A stretch of DNA of 64,000 nucleotides from Myxococcales bacterium (GCA_047601445.1 JASGJH010000001.1:5920001-5984000); one strand, 5' to 3'; shown: positions 18,168 through 29,042, numbered from the stretch's first letter. Notes: generated by a model not told the origin, from the letters alone. Numbers and translations: made by a program.

Positions 18168-20019
18168 ATGGGGAGCGAAGTAGTGGAGCTGTCGGCGGAC
18201 AGGGCTCTCGGAGCGAGCAATTTCGGCAAGTACCGTCTGATCGCATCGCTCGGTCAAGGCGGTATGGCCAATGTCTACCTCGCGGTGGTATTGGGGCCCG
18301 CCGGGTTTAACAAGCTGCTCGTCGTGAAGGCGTTGCGCGAGGACGTGCTCGGAGACTCGGAAGAGTTCGTGCACATGTTCCTCGACGAGGCGCGCCTCTC
18401 GGCTCGCTTGAATCATCCGAACATCGTGCAGACCTACGAGATCGGCGAGTCCGAAGGTCGCTACTTCATCGCCATGGAGTATCTCGAGGGGCAGCCGCTG
18501 CGCGTCGCACAGCGCAAGCTCGGGCCCATCGGCCTGCCGCTCGAGGAGGAAGTTCGCATCATCGCGGAGACCGCGCGCGGTCTGCACTACGCGCACGATT
18601 TGAAGGGGCTCAACGGCGAACCGCTCGAGGTGGTGCACCGCGACGTGAGCCCGCAGAACGTGTTCCTCACCTACGACGGCAACATCAAGTTGCTGGATTT
18701 CGGCATCGCCAAGGCGCTCGATGCCGAGCACCTCACCAAGGTGGGCGTGATCAAGGGCAAGCTCGACTACATCGCCCCGGAGCAAATCCGCGGCGAGCAG
18801 AATCGACCGCCGCGCCGACGTGTTCTCGCTGGGCGCCATGTTGTGGGAAGCCGTGACCGGTCAGCGCTTCGCCGGTGGCTCCAAGGTGCAGGACGTCACC
18901 AAGCTCCATCGTCGCCTCACGGGCGGCGAGCCCAAGGCCAAGGATCTCAAGCCCGACCTGCCCGATCAGCTCGCTTTCATCATCGACCGCGCGCTGGCCG
19001 TGGACGTGTCGATGCGTTACCCCACGGCCGCCGTGCTGGCCGACGAGCTCGAGAACTTCCTAGAGAAGTTGGGCATGCGCCCTTCGGCCAAGACCCTCAG
19101 CGAGCGCTTGGTGGCGCCCTTCGCGGCAGAGCGCGCCAAGATCGGCTGGATGATCGAGGAGCAGGTCAAGCAGGCCATGCAGAGCACCCCGGGTGCGCGC
19201 GGTCTGCCGAGCCTCGGACGTGCGGACCTGAACCAGAGCACTTCCGGCGTGCGCACGGGCGGACTCGCTGAAGAAGGCGACACCGGCAGCCTCGACGCCA
19301 GCAGCGTGGGTGCGCCGAGCCGCACCGGATCGAATCCGGCAATGCAGCAGCCCACGACCGAGGCCGGGCCCACGCTCGCGAACCCTTCACCCGCAAGCCA
19401 GCTTGCAGGCGGTGAGCAGAAGGGCGTGCTCAGCAAGCCCAAGCTCATCGTGATCGGCGCGGCGCTCGCCGCTGCGATCGGGTTCGCGGTGATCTCTGGA
19501 GGGAGCGATCCAGCGCCCGCAGCGCAGCCCTCTGCGCCCGCCGCACAGCCCGCAGCGCCAGTTCCCGGCCCACAACAGCCCTTGGCTGCGGCTCCCACCG
19601 CGGAGTCGGCCAAGGCCGTTGCCGCCAGCGTGCGCCTGCACATCTTCGTATCTCCGCCCGAAGCCCATGCGGTGATGGATGGCGCCAGCCTGCCCAAGCT
19701 CCCCTTCAATGCCGAGCTCCCTCGGGATGGCCAACTCCACTACGTGGAAGCCTCTGCTCCCGGCTACGCCAGCAAGCGCGTCATGGTCCCGCTCGACCGT
19801 GACCGGGAAGTGAGCATCGTTCTCGACAAGCTCCCCGTGGAGCCGCCCGTGGCTTCGCGCTCCGGTAAGCGTCGCGAGCCCGAGCGCCCGGCCCCTGCTC
19901 CCAGCACGCCCGAGAAGGCCAACACTGCGCAGTCTGAAGACATCGCGCCCGGTGGTCTGATACCCTCCAAACGCAGGGTACGTACGGACATCGACACGGC
20001 CGATCCGTACGCGAACTGA
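18168..20019 (+). CDS. Hanks-type Ser/Thr protein kinase with TM and C-terminal PEGA-like region; frameshift near 18801
   Basis: LGQGGMA, VVK, HRDVSPQN, DFG and APE motifs; removing one A at 18801-18802 restores GEQIDRRADVFSLG. Confidence 0.9.
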
Positions 20020-20145
20020 GGGGCACCCTGCTGCGCTCGCGGACCTCCATCTGGAGCCGCGCGCGCAGGTCGGAGTGGGTCACCGCGACCACGCACCGGA
20101 TCTTCGTGAACCCTCGTGAAGCTCGAGACGGAGCCAGCACCTCCC

Positions 20146-21174
20146 ATGCGTAAGTTCAGCGTTTTTCCAATCCTCGGCTTTGTGGCCTGCCTCGCGCTCG
20201 GCTCGGCCCACGCGCAGGCACCCAAGCCTGCTGAAGCGGCGCCCGCGCCCAGCGCGAGTCCCGGCGACGACGCCAAGAAAGAGGCCAGCGGCCACTTCCG
20301 GCGCGCCGTGGAGCTCTATCAAGAAGGCGCATTTCGAGCAGCCCTCGTGGAGTTTCAGCGCGCCTACGACATCGCGCCCGACTATCGCTTGCTCTACAAC
20401 ATCGGTCAGGCCCAGCTGCAGGTGCAGGACTACTTGGGCGCGACGCGCAGCTACGAGCGCTATCTCGCCGAGGGTGGCACCCAAGTCTCGCCCGAGCGTC
20501 GCACCGAAGTGGAGACGGCGCTGGGAGCCTTGAAGGAGCGCGTGGCGCGCCTGGCGATTCGAGTGAACCTCGACGACGCCGAGGTGTTCGTGGACGACCA
20601 GGCAGTGGGCAGGTCTCCGCTGGCCAACACGGTCGCGGTGAACGTGGGCCGGCACCGCGTCTTCGCGCGCACCGCGGACGGGGTCGAAGGCGAGCGGATC
20701 ATCGACGTGGCGGGCGGCGATCTGGCGGAGATCGCGGTGGAGCTGATTCCGAAGGTCACGCAGGCGCCGGTGGCCGTCGCGGCCGAGCCCGCGAAGACCG
20801 AGCGCGCTCCGCTCTCGCGCAAGAAGCGCGCGGCGCTGGCCACCTGGGGCGTGGCCGCGGCCACGGGCATCGGGGCCATCATCACGGGCGTGCTCGCCAC
20901 CAGCAAGACGAACGACCTCGACGACGCGCTCGACGTGAAGCCGCCCAAGGGCGAAGCCAATCAGGGCAAGGTGAGCGATCTGCGAGACTCCGCCAACGCG
21001 CTCGCCATCACCACCGACGTGCTGGCCGCCACCGCGCTGGCTTCGGGCGTCACTGGACTCGTGCTGTGGTTGGTCGACGGTAAGGCAGATCAGGCGGCCG
21101 AAGAGAAGCCCGCTGCGACGCAGGTTTCCTGGGGCGTGGGTCTCGGTACCCTCAGCGTAAAGGGTAAGTTCTGA
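20146..21174 (+). CDS. TPR plus PEGA domain exported protein
   Basis: Signal peptide; ALVEFQRAY..LLYNIGQA TPR; AEVFVDD..VGRSPL..VNVGRH PEGA; C-terminal LSVKGKF. Confidence 0.88.
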   Translation: MRKFSVFPILGFVACLALGSAHAQAPKPAEAAPAPSASPGDDAKKEASGHFRRAVELYQEGAFRAALVEFQRAYDIAPDYRLLYNIGQAQLQVQDYLGATRSYERYLAEGGTQVSPERRTEVETALGALKERVARLAIRVNLDDAEVFVDDQAVGRSPLANTVAVNVGRHRVFARTADGVEGERIIDVAGGDLAEIAVELIPKVTQAPVAVAAEPAKTERAPLSRKKRAALATWGVAAATGIGAIITGVLATSKTNDLDDALDVKPPKGEANQGKVSDLRDSANALAITTDVLAATALASGVTGLVLWLVDGKADQAAEEKPAATQVSWGVGLGTLSVKGKF

Positions 21175-22241
21175 TGGGCTTCGGAGTGAATCACGTGCGT
21201 GGCACGCAAACCTGGTTGAACGCGCTGCTGCTCTCGTTCGCGCTCGGCGGATGCAGCGCCATCCTCGACACCAACAAGCAGCAGTGCAAGTCGGACACCG
21301 ACTGCGGCGAGCTCAACGGCCAGCCCCTCTACAGCTGTGTAAAGAACTTCTGTCAGGCGGTCACCTGCACCGCGGATGCGGAGTGCCAGTCTCGCGGCGG
21401 GGCCATCTGTGACGACGGCAGCTGCGCGCCGCCCCAGTGCACGACGAGCGAAGAGTGCAGCGATGGCATGGCGTGCAACCAGTCGCGCTGCGGCATGCCG
21501 GTGGACCCCGTCTTCGGCTGCTTCAACGAGAAGCCGCCGCAATCGAGCAGCGAGCCCGCGGTGCTCAAGATGCGGGTCTACCAGTTCTTCGGCAACGACG
21601 TGCCGGTGAAGAATCTGGTCCCCACCGTCTGCGATGCGCTCGACACGCAGTGCATGACTCCGATCCCCGTCACCTTCGATTACACGGGCATCAACCTGAC
21701 CATCAACGGCTTGAGCAACGCGCAGCGCTACGTGATCCGCCTCAACGGCCAGGACGACGACGGCAATCCGCTGCTCGAGACCGACTACATCATGCAGCGC
21801 CCGGTGGTGGGACTCACCGAGGAGGTCGACAGCGTGCAGCTGCTTCCCACCGCGATCCCCGAGCTGTTCGCGGGCGCGGCCTCGGTGACCTACGACCCCA
21901 AGAAGGCCTTCATGGTCACGCAGGTCTTCGGCTGCGACAACAAGCCTTTGGCGGGCGTGTCCGTGATCGACAGCCGCGCTGGCACCCTCTTCTACCTGAC
22001 GGGTGAAGGACCCGACCCGAACCTCACCGAGACGGATGAGACGGGCCAGGTGGGCTTCGTGAACATGGACGCGGCAGAGAACGGCCAGCCCTTCACGCAC
22101 AAACTCACGTTCAAGTACAAGGGCCAGACCCTGTTCTCGTTCGCCGTGCAGCCCCGTCCGGGGGTGCTCAATTTCTCCCTCGTCTATATGCCGGATTGGG
22201 AAACGACCACGGATCGCGCTACGGTGCCTCTCACGAGGTAG
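21174..22241 (+). CDS. Cys-rich lipoprotein
   Basis: Lipobox LGGC; repeated CxxDxxC units; start overlaps the previous stop. Confidence 0.8.
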   Translation: MGFGVNHVRGTQTWLNALLLSFALGGCSAILDTNKQQCKSDTDCGELNGQPLYSCVKNFCQAVTCTADAECQSRGGAICDDGSCAPPQCTTSEECSDGMACNQSRCGMPVDPVFGCFNEKPPQSSSEPAVLKMRVYQFFGNDVPVKNLVPTVCDALDTQCMTPIPVTFDYTGINLTINGLSNAQRYVIRLNGQDDDGNPLLETDYIMQRPVVGLTEEVDSVQLLPTAIPELFAGAASVTYDPKKAFMVTQVFGCDNKPLAGVSVIDSRAGTLFYLTGEGPDPNLTETDETGQVGFVNMDAAENGQPFTHKLTFKYKGQTLFSFAVQPRPGVLNFSLVYMPDWETTTDRATVPLTR

Positions 22242-22243
22242 GA

Positions 22244-22810
22244 ATGCTTGAGTCTCCCGCGCCGACCACGCTCCAGGAGCTGGTCACCGCCTTCGAGAAG
22301 AGTGGCCGTACGGCGTTGGGCGAACTCAGCCAGCATCCTGCATTGATTCAGTGCGACGGGGCGGGCTCTCAGAAGGCCTGGGGATTCGACACGGTGGCCG
22401 TTTCTTCGCCGTGGGATCTCAAGGTGGCGCTGGGTCTCGCCCAGTCGGGGCTCAAGGCCGATCCGGAGATCTTGGTGAAGGCAGGGGCCGTCTATCCGGT
22501 GGCCAAGCGCCCAGGTGGACCCTTTCCAGATCGCATCGGCGTGGGACGCGCGCGCACGGCGGACATTTCGCTGCGGCTCTCGAGTGTGTCCAAATATCAC
22601 GCCTATTTCGCCATCGACGAGGCCAAGCGGGCCTGGAGTGTCTGGGACGCGCGCTCGCGCAACGGCACCACCGTGGGGCAGCGCAAGCTCGAGGCCGGAG
22701 AAGGTGCGGCGATCGAAAACGGCGCCAGCATCTTGTTCGGTGAGGGACTGTTCCTGTTCTTCACGCGCGACGGCTTCTTGAGCTTGGTAAAAGGTCTGGC
22801 GGCGAGCTAA
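22244..22810 (+). CDS. FHA domain protein
   Basis: VGR..ADI..VSKYHA..SRNGT FHA signature. Confidence 0.9.
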   Translation: MLESPAPTTLQELVTAFEKSGRTALGELSQHPALIQCDGAGSQKAWGFDTVAVSSPWDLKVALGLAQSGLKADPEILVKAGAVYPVAKRPGGPFPDRIGVGRARTADISLRLSSVSKYHAYFAIDEAKRAWSVWDARSRNGTTVGQRKLEAGEGAAIENGASILFGEGLFLFFTRDGFLSLVKGLAAS

Positions 22811-22819
22811 GGGAGAGCC

Positions 22820-23617
22820 ATGCAGACCCGCCCGCTTCGACGTTTTGCTCGCGAGCGGACGCGCCTGCTTCGACGAAGCCTGCTTGGCGTGCTCGCGGTG
22901 GTCCTCGTTGGACTCTACCTGGGGCTGCCCAGTGTGCAGCCGGTGGCCGCCCGCTCGGGCTTGCAGTTCATCGAGCGCACCACGCGAGGCGCCGCGCAAA
23001 ACGCCAAGGACAGTGCGCTGCCCATGCTGGTGGTGCTGCACGGCTTGGGCGACTCACCCGAGAACTTCGTGGGTCTGTTCGAGGAGCTCGCGGTGCCTGC
23101 GCGGATCATCGCGGTGCGCGCGCCCGATCCCTGGGGCCAGGGCACCTCGTGGTACCCCATCGACGCGGATGCGCAGCGCAAGTCGCGCCAGATCCTCGCG
23201 CGCGCCGACGCCGTGGCCAGCTTGATCGCCGAGCTGCGCGCCGCGCGCCCTACGCGCGGGAAGCCGGTGGTGAGCGGGTTCTCGCAAGGGGGCGTGCTGA
23301 GCTTCGCAATGGCGTCCTATCATGCGGCGGAACTCCAGGCGGCAGTACCCATCGCGGGCTCACTGCCCGAGGGCCTGCCCGCGCCGAAGAAGCCGCCGCA
23401 GGGGTTCTCGGTGCTGGCCTTCCACGGCGAAAAGGACGCTCGCATCCCCGTTCGCGACGGTGAGCGCACCTTCGAACGCTTGAAGCAGGCCGGCTACAAG
23501 GGGAGCATCATCACGTTCCCGGGTTTGGGGCACGGTGTGAACGCGGCGATGCACGCGCATTTGACGGCGGCGCTGAACGAGCTGCTTGATCTGGCGAGCG
23601 CGAGCAAAAGCCCGTAG
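22820..23617 (+). CDS. Phospholipase/carboxylesterase (alpha/beta hydrolase)
   Basis: LHGLG, GFSQG, HGEKD and GLGH motifs. Confidence 0.92.
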   Translation: MQTRPLRRFARERTRLLRRSLLGVLAVVLVGLYLGLPSVQPVAARSGLQFIERTTRGAAQNAKDSALPMLVVLHGLGDSPENFVGLFEELAVPARIIAVRAPDPWGQGTSWYPIDADAQRKSRQILARADAVASLIAELRAARPTRGKPVVSGFSQGGVLSFAMASYHAAELQAAVPIAGSLPEGLPAPKKPPQGFSVLAFHGEKDARIPVRDGERTFERLKQAGYKGSIITFPGLGHGVNAAMHAHLTAALNELLDLASASKSP

Positions 23618-23628
23618 CGTGAGGGCAC

Positions 23629-25338
23629 ATGCCCGAAAAGCAGCCCACTTTGCTCGGCTCCGCCAAGCGCGATCTCGGTCGCCTGCACAAGCTCGCGGCC
23701 ACCGTGGTGCGACACGGCTTCGGTGAGCTCCTGCTCAAGACGCCGATGGGGCGGCGCCTGCACGCGCGCGGCGAAGTCCCGGAGGGCGAGGCGGTGCAGG
23801 GCTCCGCAGCCATCCGCTTTACACGCATGCTGGGCTCGCTCGGCCCCACCTTCATCAAGCTCGGGCAGATCCTCTCCATGCGTCAGGATCTGTTTCCCCA
23901 GGAGTGGATCTCGGCGCTCGAGACGCTGCAGGACAAGGCGCCGGTGGTGCCCTTCGAGGAGGTCCGCGCCGCCGTGGAGGACGCGCTGGGCTTGCCGCTG
24001 GCGGAGGCCTTCAAGAGCTTCGACCACGAGCCGCTCGCCACCGCGTCCATCGGTCAGACGCATCTCGCGACCACCCACGAGGGGGACCGCGTGGTGGTGA
24101 AGGTGCAGCGCCCGGGCATCGAAAACGTGATGCGCGGAGACCTGAACTTGCTCTATCTGGGCGCGCAGATCCTGGAGGCCAGCATCGACGAGATGCGCCT
24201 GGTGGGCGTCACCGACATCGTGTCCGAGTTCGAGAAGGCGCTCTTGAGCGAGCTCGATTTCCGGGAAGAGCTCGGGAACCTGCTGCACATGCGCAGTCAG
24301 CTCGACCCCGAGCGCCGCGTCACCGTGCCCCAACCTTATCCCGACCTGAGCACCAAGACCGTGCTCACCATGCAGTTCTTCGAGGGCAAGCCGATGCGCA
24401 AGCTGGTGCCCCAGAGCGACCAGGCCAAGCACGCCGTGGAGGAGATCATCCACGTCACCTGCAAGCAAATCTTCGAAGACGGCTTCTTTCACGGCGATCC
24501 CCACGCGGGCAACATCCTGTGCGCGGACGACGGCCAGCTCTGCATGATCGACCTGGGTATGGTGGGAAGGCTCTCCGAGGCGCAGCGCGAGGACGTGGTC
24601 ACGTTGATGGTGGCAACCTTTGCCAACGACAGCGCCAGCATTGCGCGCATCCTGCTCAAGATGGGCACGCCCACCGTGCGCGTGAATCTCAACGAGCTCA
24701 AGAGCGAGATCGAGCGCATCCGCGGCAAGTACATCGAGAAGTCCAGCGTGGTCACCGACATCGACTCGTCGGGCTTCGTGCAGGAGTTCGCCGAGGCGGC
24801 CCAGCATTTTCGCATCAAGTTGGCGAGCGAGTACTCCATCTTGATCAAATCCGTGGCCACCCTGGAAGGCATCGTGCGCAGCCTACATCCAGACGCCAAC
24901 ATCGTGTCCATCGCGCGGCCTTACGTGCAGCGCACCCTGACGCAGCGCTTCTCGCCGACGACCTTGTTCCGCGACCTCGCGTCGGAGGCCAGCACGCTGG
25001 GGGCGCTGGCCGTGCGCTTCCCGGGCCAGGTGGATCAGCTCATGCACGATCTCGAGACGGGGAACCTGCAGATCCGCGCCATGACACCCGAGCTCGACAC
25101 GCTGCCGTGGGCCCTGCACTACGCCTCGAGTCGGCTCTCGCTCGCGCTGTTCGCCTCCGTGATGGCGATCTGCGCGGCCGTCGTGTTTCCCGGCAACCTC
25201 GACGATCTCTTGCCGCTGGCGATCAGCGTGGTGCTCACGGTCACGGCCAGCGTCGCTTGGCTGATCGTGTTGGGTTGGCACTTCGTGCGCGGCAAGCCAC
25301 TCAAGCTCACGCCGTTGATCCGCTTTTTCAAGCGCTGA
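23629..25338 (+). CDS. ABC1/AarF/UbiB family atypical kinase
   Basis: LGPTFIKLGQ, ATASIGQ, VKVQRP, FHGDPHAGN and DLGMVG motifs; two C-terminal TMs. Confidence 0.94.
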   Translation: MPEKQPTLLGSAKRDLGRLHKLAATVVRHGFGELLLKTPMGRRLHARGEVPEGEAVQGSAAIRFTRMLGSLGPTFIKLGQILSMRQDLFPQEWISALETLQDKAPVVPFEEVRAAVEDALGLPLAEAFKSFDHEPLATASIGQTHLATTHEGDRVVVKVQRPGIENVMRGDLNLLYLGAQILEASIDEMRLVGVTDIVSEFEKALLSELDFREELGNLLHMRSQLDPERRVTVPQPYPDLSTKTVLTMQFFEGKPMRKLVPQSDQAKHAVEEIIHVTCKQIFEDGFFHGDPHAGNILCADDGQLCMIDLGMVGRLSEAQREDVVTLMVATFANDSASIARILLKMGTPTVRVNLNELKSEIERIRGKYIEKSSVVTDIDSSGFVQEFAEAAQHFRIKLASEYSILIKSVATLEGIVRSLHPDANIVSIARPYVQRTLTQRFSPTTLFRDLASEASTLGALAVRFPGQVDQLMHDLETGNLQIRAMTPELDTLPWALHYASSRLSLALFASVMAICAAVVFPGNLDDLLPLAISVVLTVTASVAWLIVLGWHFVRGKPLKLTPLIRFFKR

Positions 25339-25474
25339 GCCCGTGGTTCGAAGGTGTGCAGCGCGCGCCGCGGGCTGCGAAACTGTGCGCCCTTCGATCG
25401 GGAGCGCGGTGCGCGGAATCATCGTCGCGCGCGTTGCTGCGGCTCGCATGCGAGGAAAAATCGGCCCATCGTGA

Positions 25475-26476
25475 ATGATGCTCGCGACGACCCCGAACGC
25501 GGCGAAGGACCGCGGAATCTGTGGACTGTGCGAGGCTCGGCTGCCCGTCTGGCAACACGTGCCTGTCGACCACTGGAAGTTGCGAGAGAACTTCCACTCC
25601 GACGCGTACTGGTGTGTGCGCTGTGGCTACGGATCCGTGCAGCCCATGCCGAGCCGCAACGACGTGAGCGAGTTCTATCGCTTCGAGCAGTACTACACGC
25701 ACCGAGAGCCCGTTCAGGTTCGTGCGGACGAGGAGCAGTTTTTGGATCGCCTGCGCGTGCACCTGGCCTGGCGGCTCGATCACGGCGACCCGCTCACGGA
25801 GTCGCACGTCCATCGTGCGCTCAAGGGGAGCTTGAGCCGCATCTGCGATCTCGGTTGTGGCGGAGGCGACCTCTCGAGCGAGTTGCGCGAACTCGGGCAT
25901 ACCGTGGTGGGGGTGGAAGTGGACGCGGCAGCGGCGTCGCGCCGCTGTGCGGGGGAAGTCGAGATCCTCGAGGGGACGGCCGAGGAATTGCCGGCAGCGC
26001 TACGTGGGCGGCGCTTCGACTGCGTGATCTTGCGGCATGTGCTCGAGCACTGCCGCGAGCCCGCGCGGGCGCTCGCGAACGCCTTCGCACTGCTCGAACC
26101 CAGGGGCATCATGCTCTGCGAAGTCCCGAACAACGCGGCTCTCGGATTGCGTAACGTCGGCTGCGCTTGGGCGATGTTCGACATGCCGCGCCATTTGCAC
26201 TTTTTCACGCGTCAGAGCCTGATGCGGGTCTCCGAGCAGGCGGGCTTCCGCGTCCACGAGGCCTACTTCGCCAACTACCATCGTCAGTTCGAGAACGACT
26301 GGATCGAGTCGGAGCAGCGCATCTGGAGCAAGTTGATGGGATTGTCGCGCAAGCCGCATCCCGCGCCGCTGCGCAACTCTCGCCTGCGCGCTTGGCGTCA
26401 GCTGATCACGAGTGCTTTCATGCCCGCCGCACTCAAGTACGACAGCGTCGGGGTGGTCGCAGTGCGTCCTGCATGA
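25475..26476 (+). CDS. Class I SAM-dependent methyltransferase with N-terminal Zn ribbon
   Basis: CGLC..CVRC; DLGCGGG, HVLEH, EVPN and PRHLHFF motifs. Confidence 0.9.
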   Translation: MMLATTPNAAKDRGICGLCEARLPVWQHVPVDHWKLRENFHSDAYWCVRCGYGSVQPMPSRNDVSEFYRFEQYYTHREPVQVRADEEQFLDRLRVHLAWRLDHGDPLTESHVHRALKGSLSRICDLGCGGGDLSSELRELGHTVVGVEVDAAAASRRCAGEVEILEGTAEELPAALRGRRFDCVILRHVLEHCREPARALANAFALLEPRGIMLCEVPNNAALGLRNVGCAWAMFDMPRHLHFFTRQSLMRVSEQAGFRVHEAYFANYHRQFENDWIESEQRIWSKLMGLSRKPHPAPLRNSRLRAWRQLITSAFMPAALKYDSVGVVAVRPA

Positions 26477-26599
26477 GGCAGTTTGGCGCGTGAGCGACGC
26501 ACAATAGCGAACCGAAGCTGCTGTCGAAGCACGCGCGCGATCCCTGGACGGGAAGCGTATCTATTTGATCCGTCACGCTTAAGCACGGGAAGCTAGGCT

Positions 26600-26615
26600 T
26601 GGAACGCAGGTTGCA
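26600..26615 (+). promoter_or_regulatory. Sigma54 -24/-12 promoter
   Basis: TGGAACG-CAGG-TTGCA (GG-N10-GC) just upstream of the hydrolase ATG. Confidence 0.6.
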
Positions 26616-26627
26616 GAAGTCCCACGT

Positions 26628-27512
26628 ATGGACAACGCAATCGAAGATCTTGAGTTTCGCTTCGAGTTCTTGCGCGTCGGCCACAGAGCAACCCGGTTCT
26701 CCACGCGGCGCGCTGAGCCCATTGTTTTGCTCCATCCGTTTTCACTCTGTCCCGAAGTATGGAAGCCCATCCTGCCGGAGCTCGAGAAGCATCACCCGGT
26801 GTACTCGCTCGGCTTGCCTGGCCACCACGGGACGGATCCGCTGCCGCACGACTTCGACCACTCCATCGAGTCCGCCGTGGATCTCATGGAGCAGAAGCTC
26901 GACGAGGTCGGCATCGAACGCGCGCACCTGGTGGGCAACTCACTCGGCGGTTGGATCGCCATCGAACTGGCGCGGCGTGGACGCGCCCTGTCCGTGGTGG
27001 CCATCGCGCCCGGTGGTGGCTGGGAAGCCGGCAGCCCGGAAGAAGAGCGCCTGGTGCGCAAGTTCAAGCTCACCAACTTGCTCCTGCGTCTCGGTGGACC
27101 GCTCTCGCTGATGATGGCGAACTATGCCCTCACGCGGCGCGTCTTCCTGGGCGACGCCGTGGCGCGACCGGAGCGGCTCGAACCAGAGGACGCCGCATTG
27201 TTCATCGACGCCGCGCGCCGCTGCACCTGTTACATGGGCATCGTGGAAGCGCTGCCCAGGCAGCCGGCGCCTTCCGCCTTCGAAGCGTTGCCGTGTCCAA
27301 TCCGCGTGATCTGGGGAACTCACGATCGCGTGCTGCCGCTCGAGGGCTATTCGGGGCGTTGGCAGCGTCTGTTGACGGGTGCCGACTGGGTCACCATCGA
27401 GAACGTCGGACACGTGCCGATGTACGATGATCCCAAGCGCGTCGCGGAGGCCATCCTCGAGTGGACGCGCAGCGCGCTTGGTTACGACGAGCCGCCCCGC
27501 CTGGCGAGCTGA
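26628..27512 (+). CDS. Alpha/beta fold hydrolase
   Basis: LLHPF, GNSLG, WGTHD and GHVP motifs. Confidence 0.92.
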   Translation: MDNAIEDLEFRFEFLRVGHRATRFSTRRAEPIVLLHPFSLCPEVWKPILPELEKHHPVYSLGLPGHHGTDPLPHDFDHSIESAVDLMEQKLDEVGIERAHLVGNSLGGWIAIELARRGRALSVVAIAPGGGWEAGSPEEERLVRKFKLTNLLLRLGGPLSLMMANYALTRRVFLGDAVARPERLEPEDAALFIDAARRCTCYMGIVEALPRQPAPSAFEALPCPIRVIWGTHDRVLPLEGYSGRWQRLLTGADWVTIENVGHVPMYDDPKRVAEAILEWTRSALGYDEPPRLAS

Positions 27513-27588
27513 GTCGAGTGGACCTGGGTGCGTTGGCGGGTCGGTCGGCAGGGACTGTATTCGCCGGTGCCCGCGCCGTGTCTCGTGT

Positions 27589-28323
27589 TCAGCGCGCGAG
27601 CGCGTTCGAGACTTGGGCGCGATAGCGGCCGCGTGGATAGCGCGCCAGGTACTGCTTGGCATAGAGCTTCGCCCGTGTGTCGCCGCGGGCCACGGCGGCC
27701 TCCACACGCAACGACATGACTTCTTCGGCCAGCACGCCCGCTGGGTCGCGCGTGTAGACACTCTCCAGGAGTTGCGCCGCGCGGGTTGGGTCGTGATCCC
27801 GGCGCAGCGCTTTGACGGCCTGGTGGACGAGCTCGGTGTCGGGGCTGCGCGGCGCTGGAGCGTGGCGGGTCGTGCGCTTGCCGGAGTGCGCCGGGGTGGA
27901 CGCAGCGGCGCTGGGGTCCTCGACGGGCTCCGAGACCGCACCTCGTGGGGGCTCGGCGAGCGTGGACACGGCTTGCTTTTCGTGGGCGTGGCGGGCGTCG
28001 TGTGTCTGCGTGGGGGCGTGGACCTGGTTCGTTGCGCTGAGCAGCTCGCGCAGCGCTTCGAGGTTTTGCGCGGCAGCAAGAGCCGAGAGCGCGAGCACCA
28101 TGACCAGCGCCAGACTCAGGCTCGTCTTGCGGCGTGAGGCGGCGCGCTCGCAGCCACGCGCCGCGAGCGCCGCGCGCACGCGGTGCTTGCGGCTCGGTGA
28201 ATCCGCGAGCGGCTCGAGCACGCCGAGCAGCTTGCGAGCGCGCAACAGCGTCGCGGCGTCGAGCTCCTCGCCAGCTTGCGCTCGCCCGAGCTCCGCCGGA
28301 TCGATGTTCCGCAAGGGCCTCAT
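27589..28323 (-). CDS. Putative anti-sigma factor (TM plus C-terminal TPR-like region)
   Basis: Start overlaps the sigma gene stop; one TM; GVLAEE..YLARYPRG TPR-like end. Confidence 0.7.
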   Translation of the reverse strand: MRPLRNIDPAELGRAQAGEELDAATLLRARKLLGVLEPLADSPSRKHRVRAALAARGCERAASRRKTSLSLALVMVLALSALAAAQNLEALRELLSATNQVHAPTQTHDARHAHEKQAVSTLAEPPRGAVSEPVEDPSAAASTPAHSGKRTTRHAPAPRSPDTELVHQAVKALRRDHDPTRAAQLLESVYTRDPAGVLAEEVMSLRVEAAVARGDTRAKLYAKQYLARYPRGRYRAQVSNALAR

Positions 28324-29042
28324 GGTGCACCTCTGGTCTCGGTGCGCGCGGTCATCAGGCGAAAGAAGTCTTTTCGCGCGTGGTGCAGGCGCGTGTACAC
28401 GGTATTCACGGGCACGCCTTCGAGTTCGGCGATCTCTTCTCCGCTGAAGCCCTCGATCTCGAACAGGATGAAGGTGCTGCGTCGCAGTTCGGACATCTCG
28501 TCGAGGATGGCGGCCACCAGGCGCTGCGCCTCCTTGCGCTCCAGGGTGTCGCCGGGGTTCGCGGATCGGGGAGCCTCGCTGTCGGCGGGGTCCGCGCCCC
28601 GAAACCAACGTCTGAACCAGGCTCGTCGGCGATGGTCGCTCACGGTCTTGCGGGCGATGCCGTAGAGCCAGGCCTGCAGGTTGAGTCCGTCGAAGCTCGC
28701 GAGCTTGCGCTGCACCACCAGGAAAACCTCCTGGGTGAGATCGTCGATGTCGGCATCGAGCCCGCCGAACGCCCTGACCCAGCGTGCGACCTGGTGAAAG
28801 TGTGCGGCGTATACGGTCTCGAAATCCAAGCGCTCGTCCGGGCGCGCATGGACTTGGCTCTCCCGAGGGGCGTTCACCTCGGCGGGGTCCCTGGTCGAGA
28901 CCTGGCCCGCGTGGGCAACCGAGAGCGTAGAGTTCGAGCGCACTCCTTCCCATGGGCGCAGCAGGCGAAATCCTTCTACCGCTTCCGCGATTTTGCTGCG
29001 CGCTATCGGCGCTCGGGGGGGACGCCACATGCCTAGAGGCAT
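28320..29042 (-). CDS. ECF RNA polymerase sigma factor; true start probably downstream of 29042
   Basis: DDLTQEVFLVV, WLYGIA, LFEIEGFSGEEIA and NTVYTRLHHAR motifs. Confidence 0.92.
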   Translation of the reverse strand: MPLGMWRPPRAPIARSKIAEAVEGFRLLRPWEGVRSNSTLSVAHAGQVSTRDPAEVNAPRESQVHARPDERLDFETVYAAHFHQVARWVRAFGGLDADIDDLTQEVFLVVQRKLASFDGLNLQAWLYGIARKTVSDHRRRAWFRRWFRGADPADSEAPRSANPGDTLERKEAQRLVAAILDEMSELRRSTFILFEIEGFSGEEIAELEGVPVNTVYTRLHHARKDFFRLMTARTETRGAP

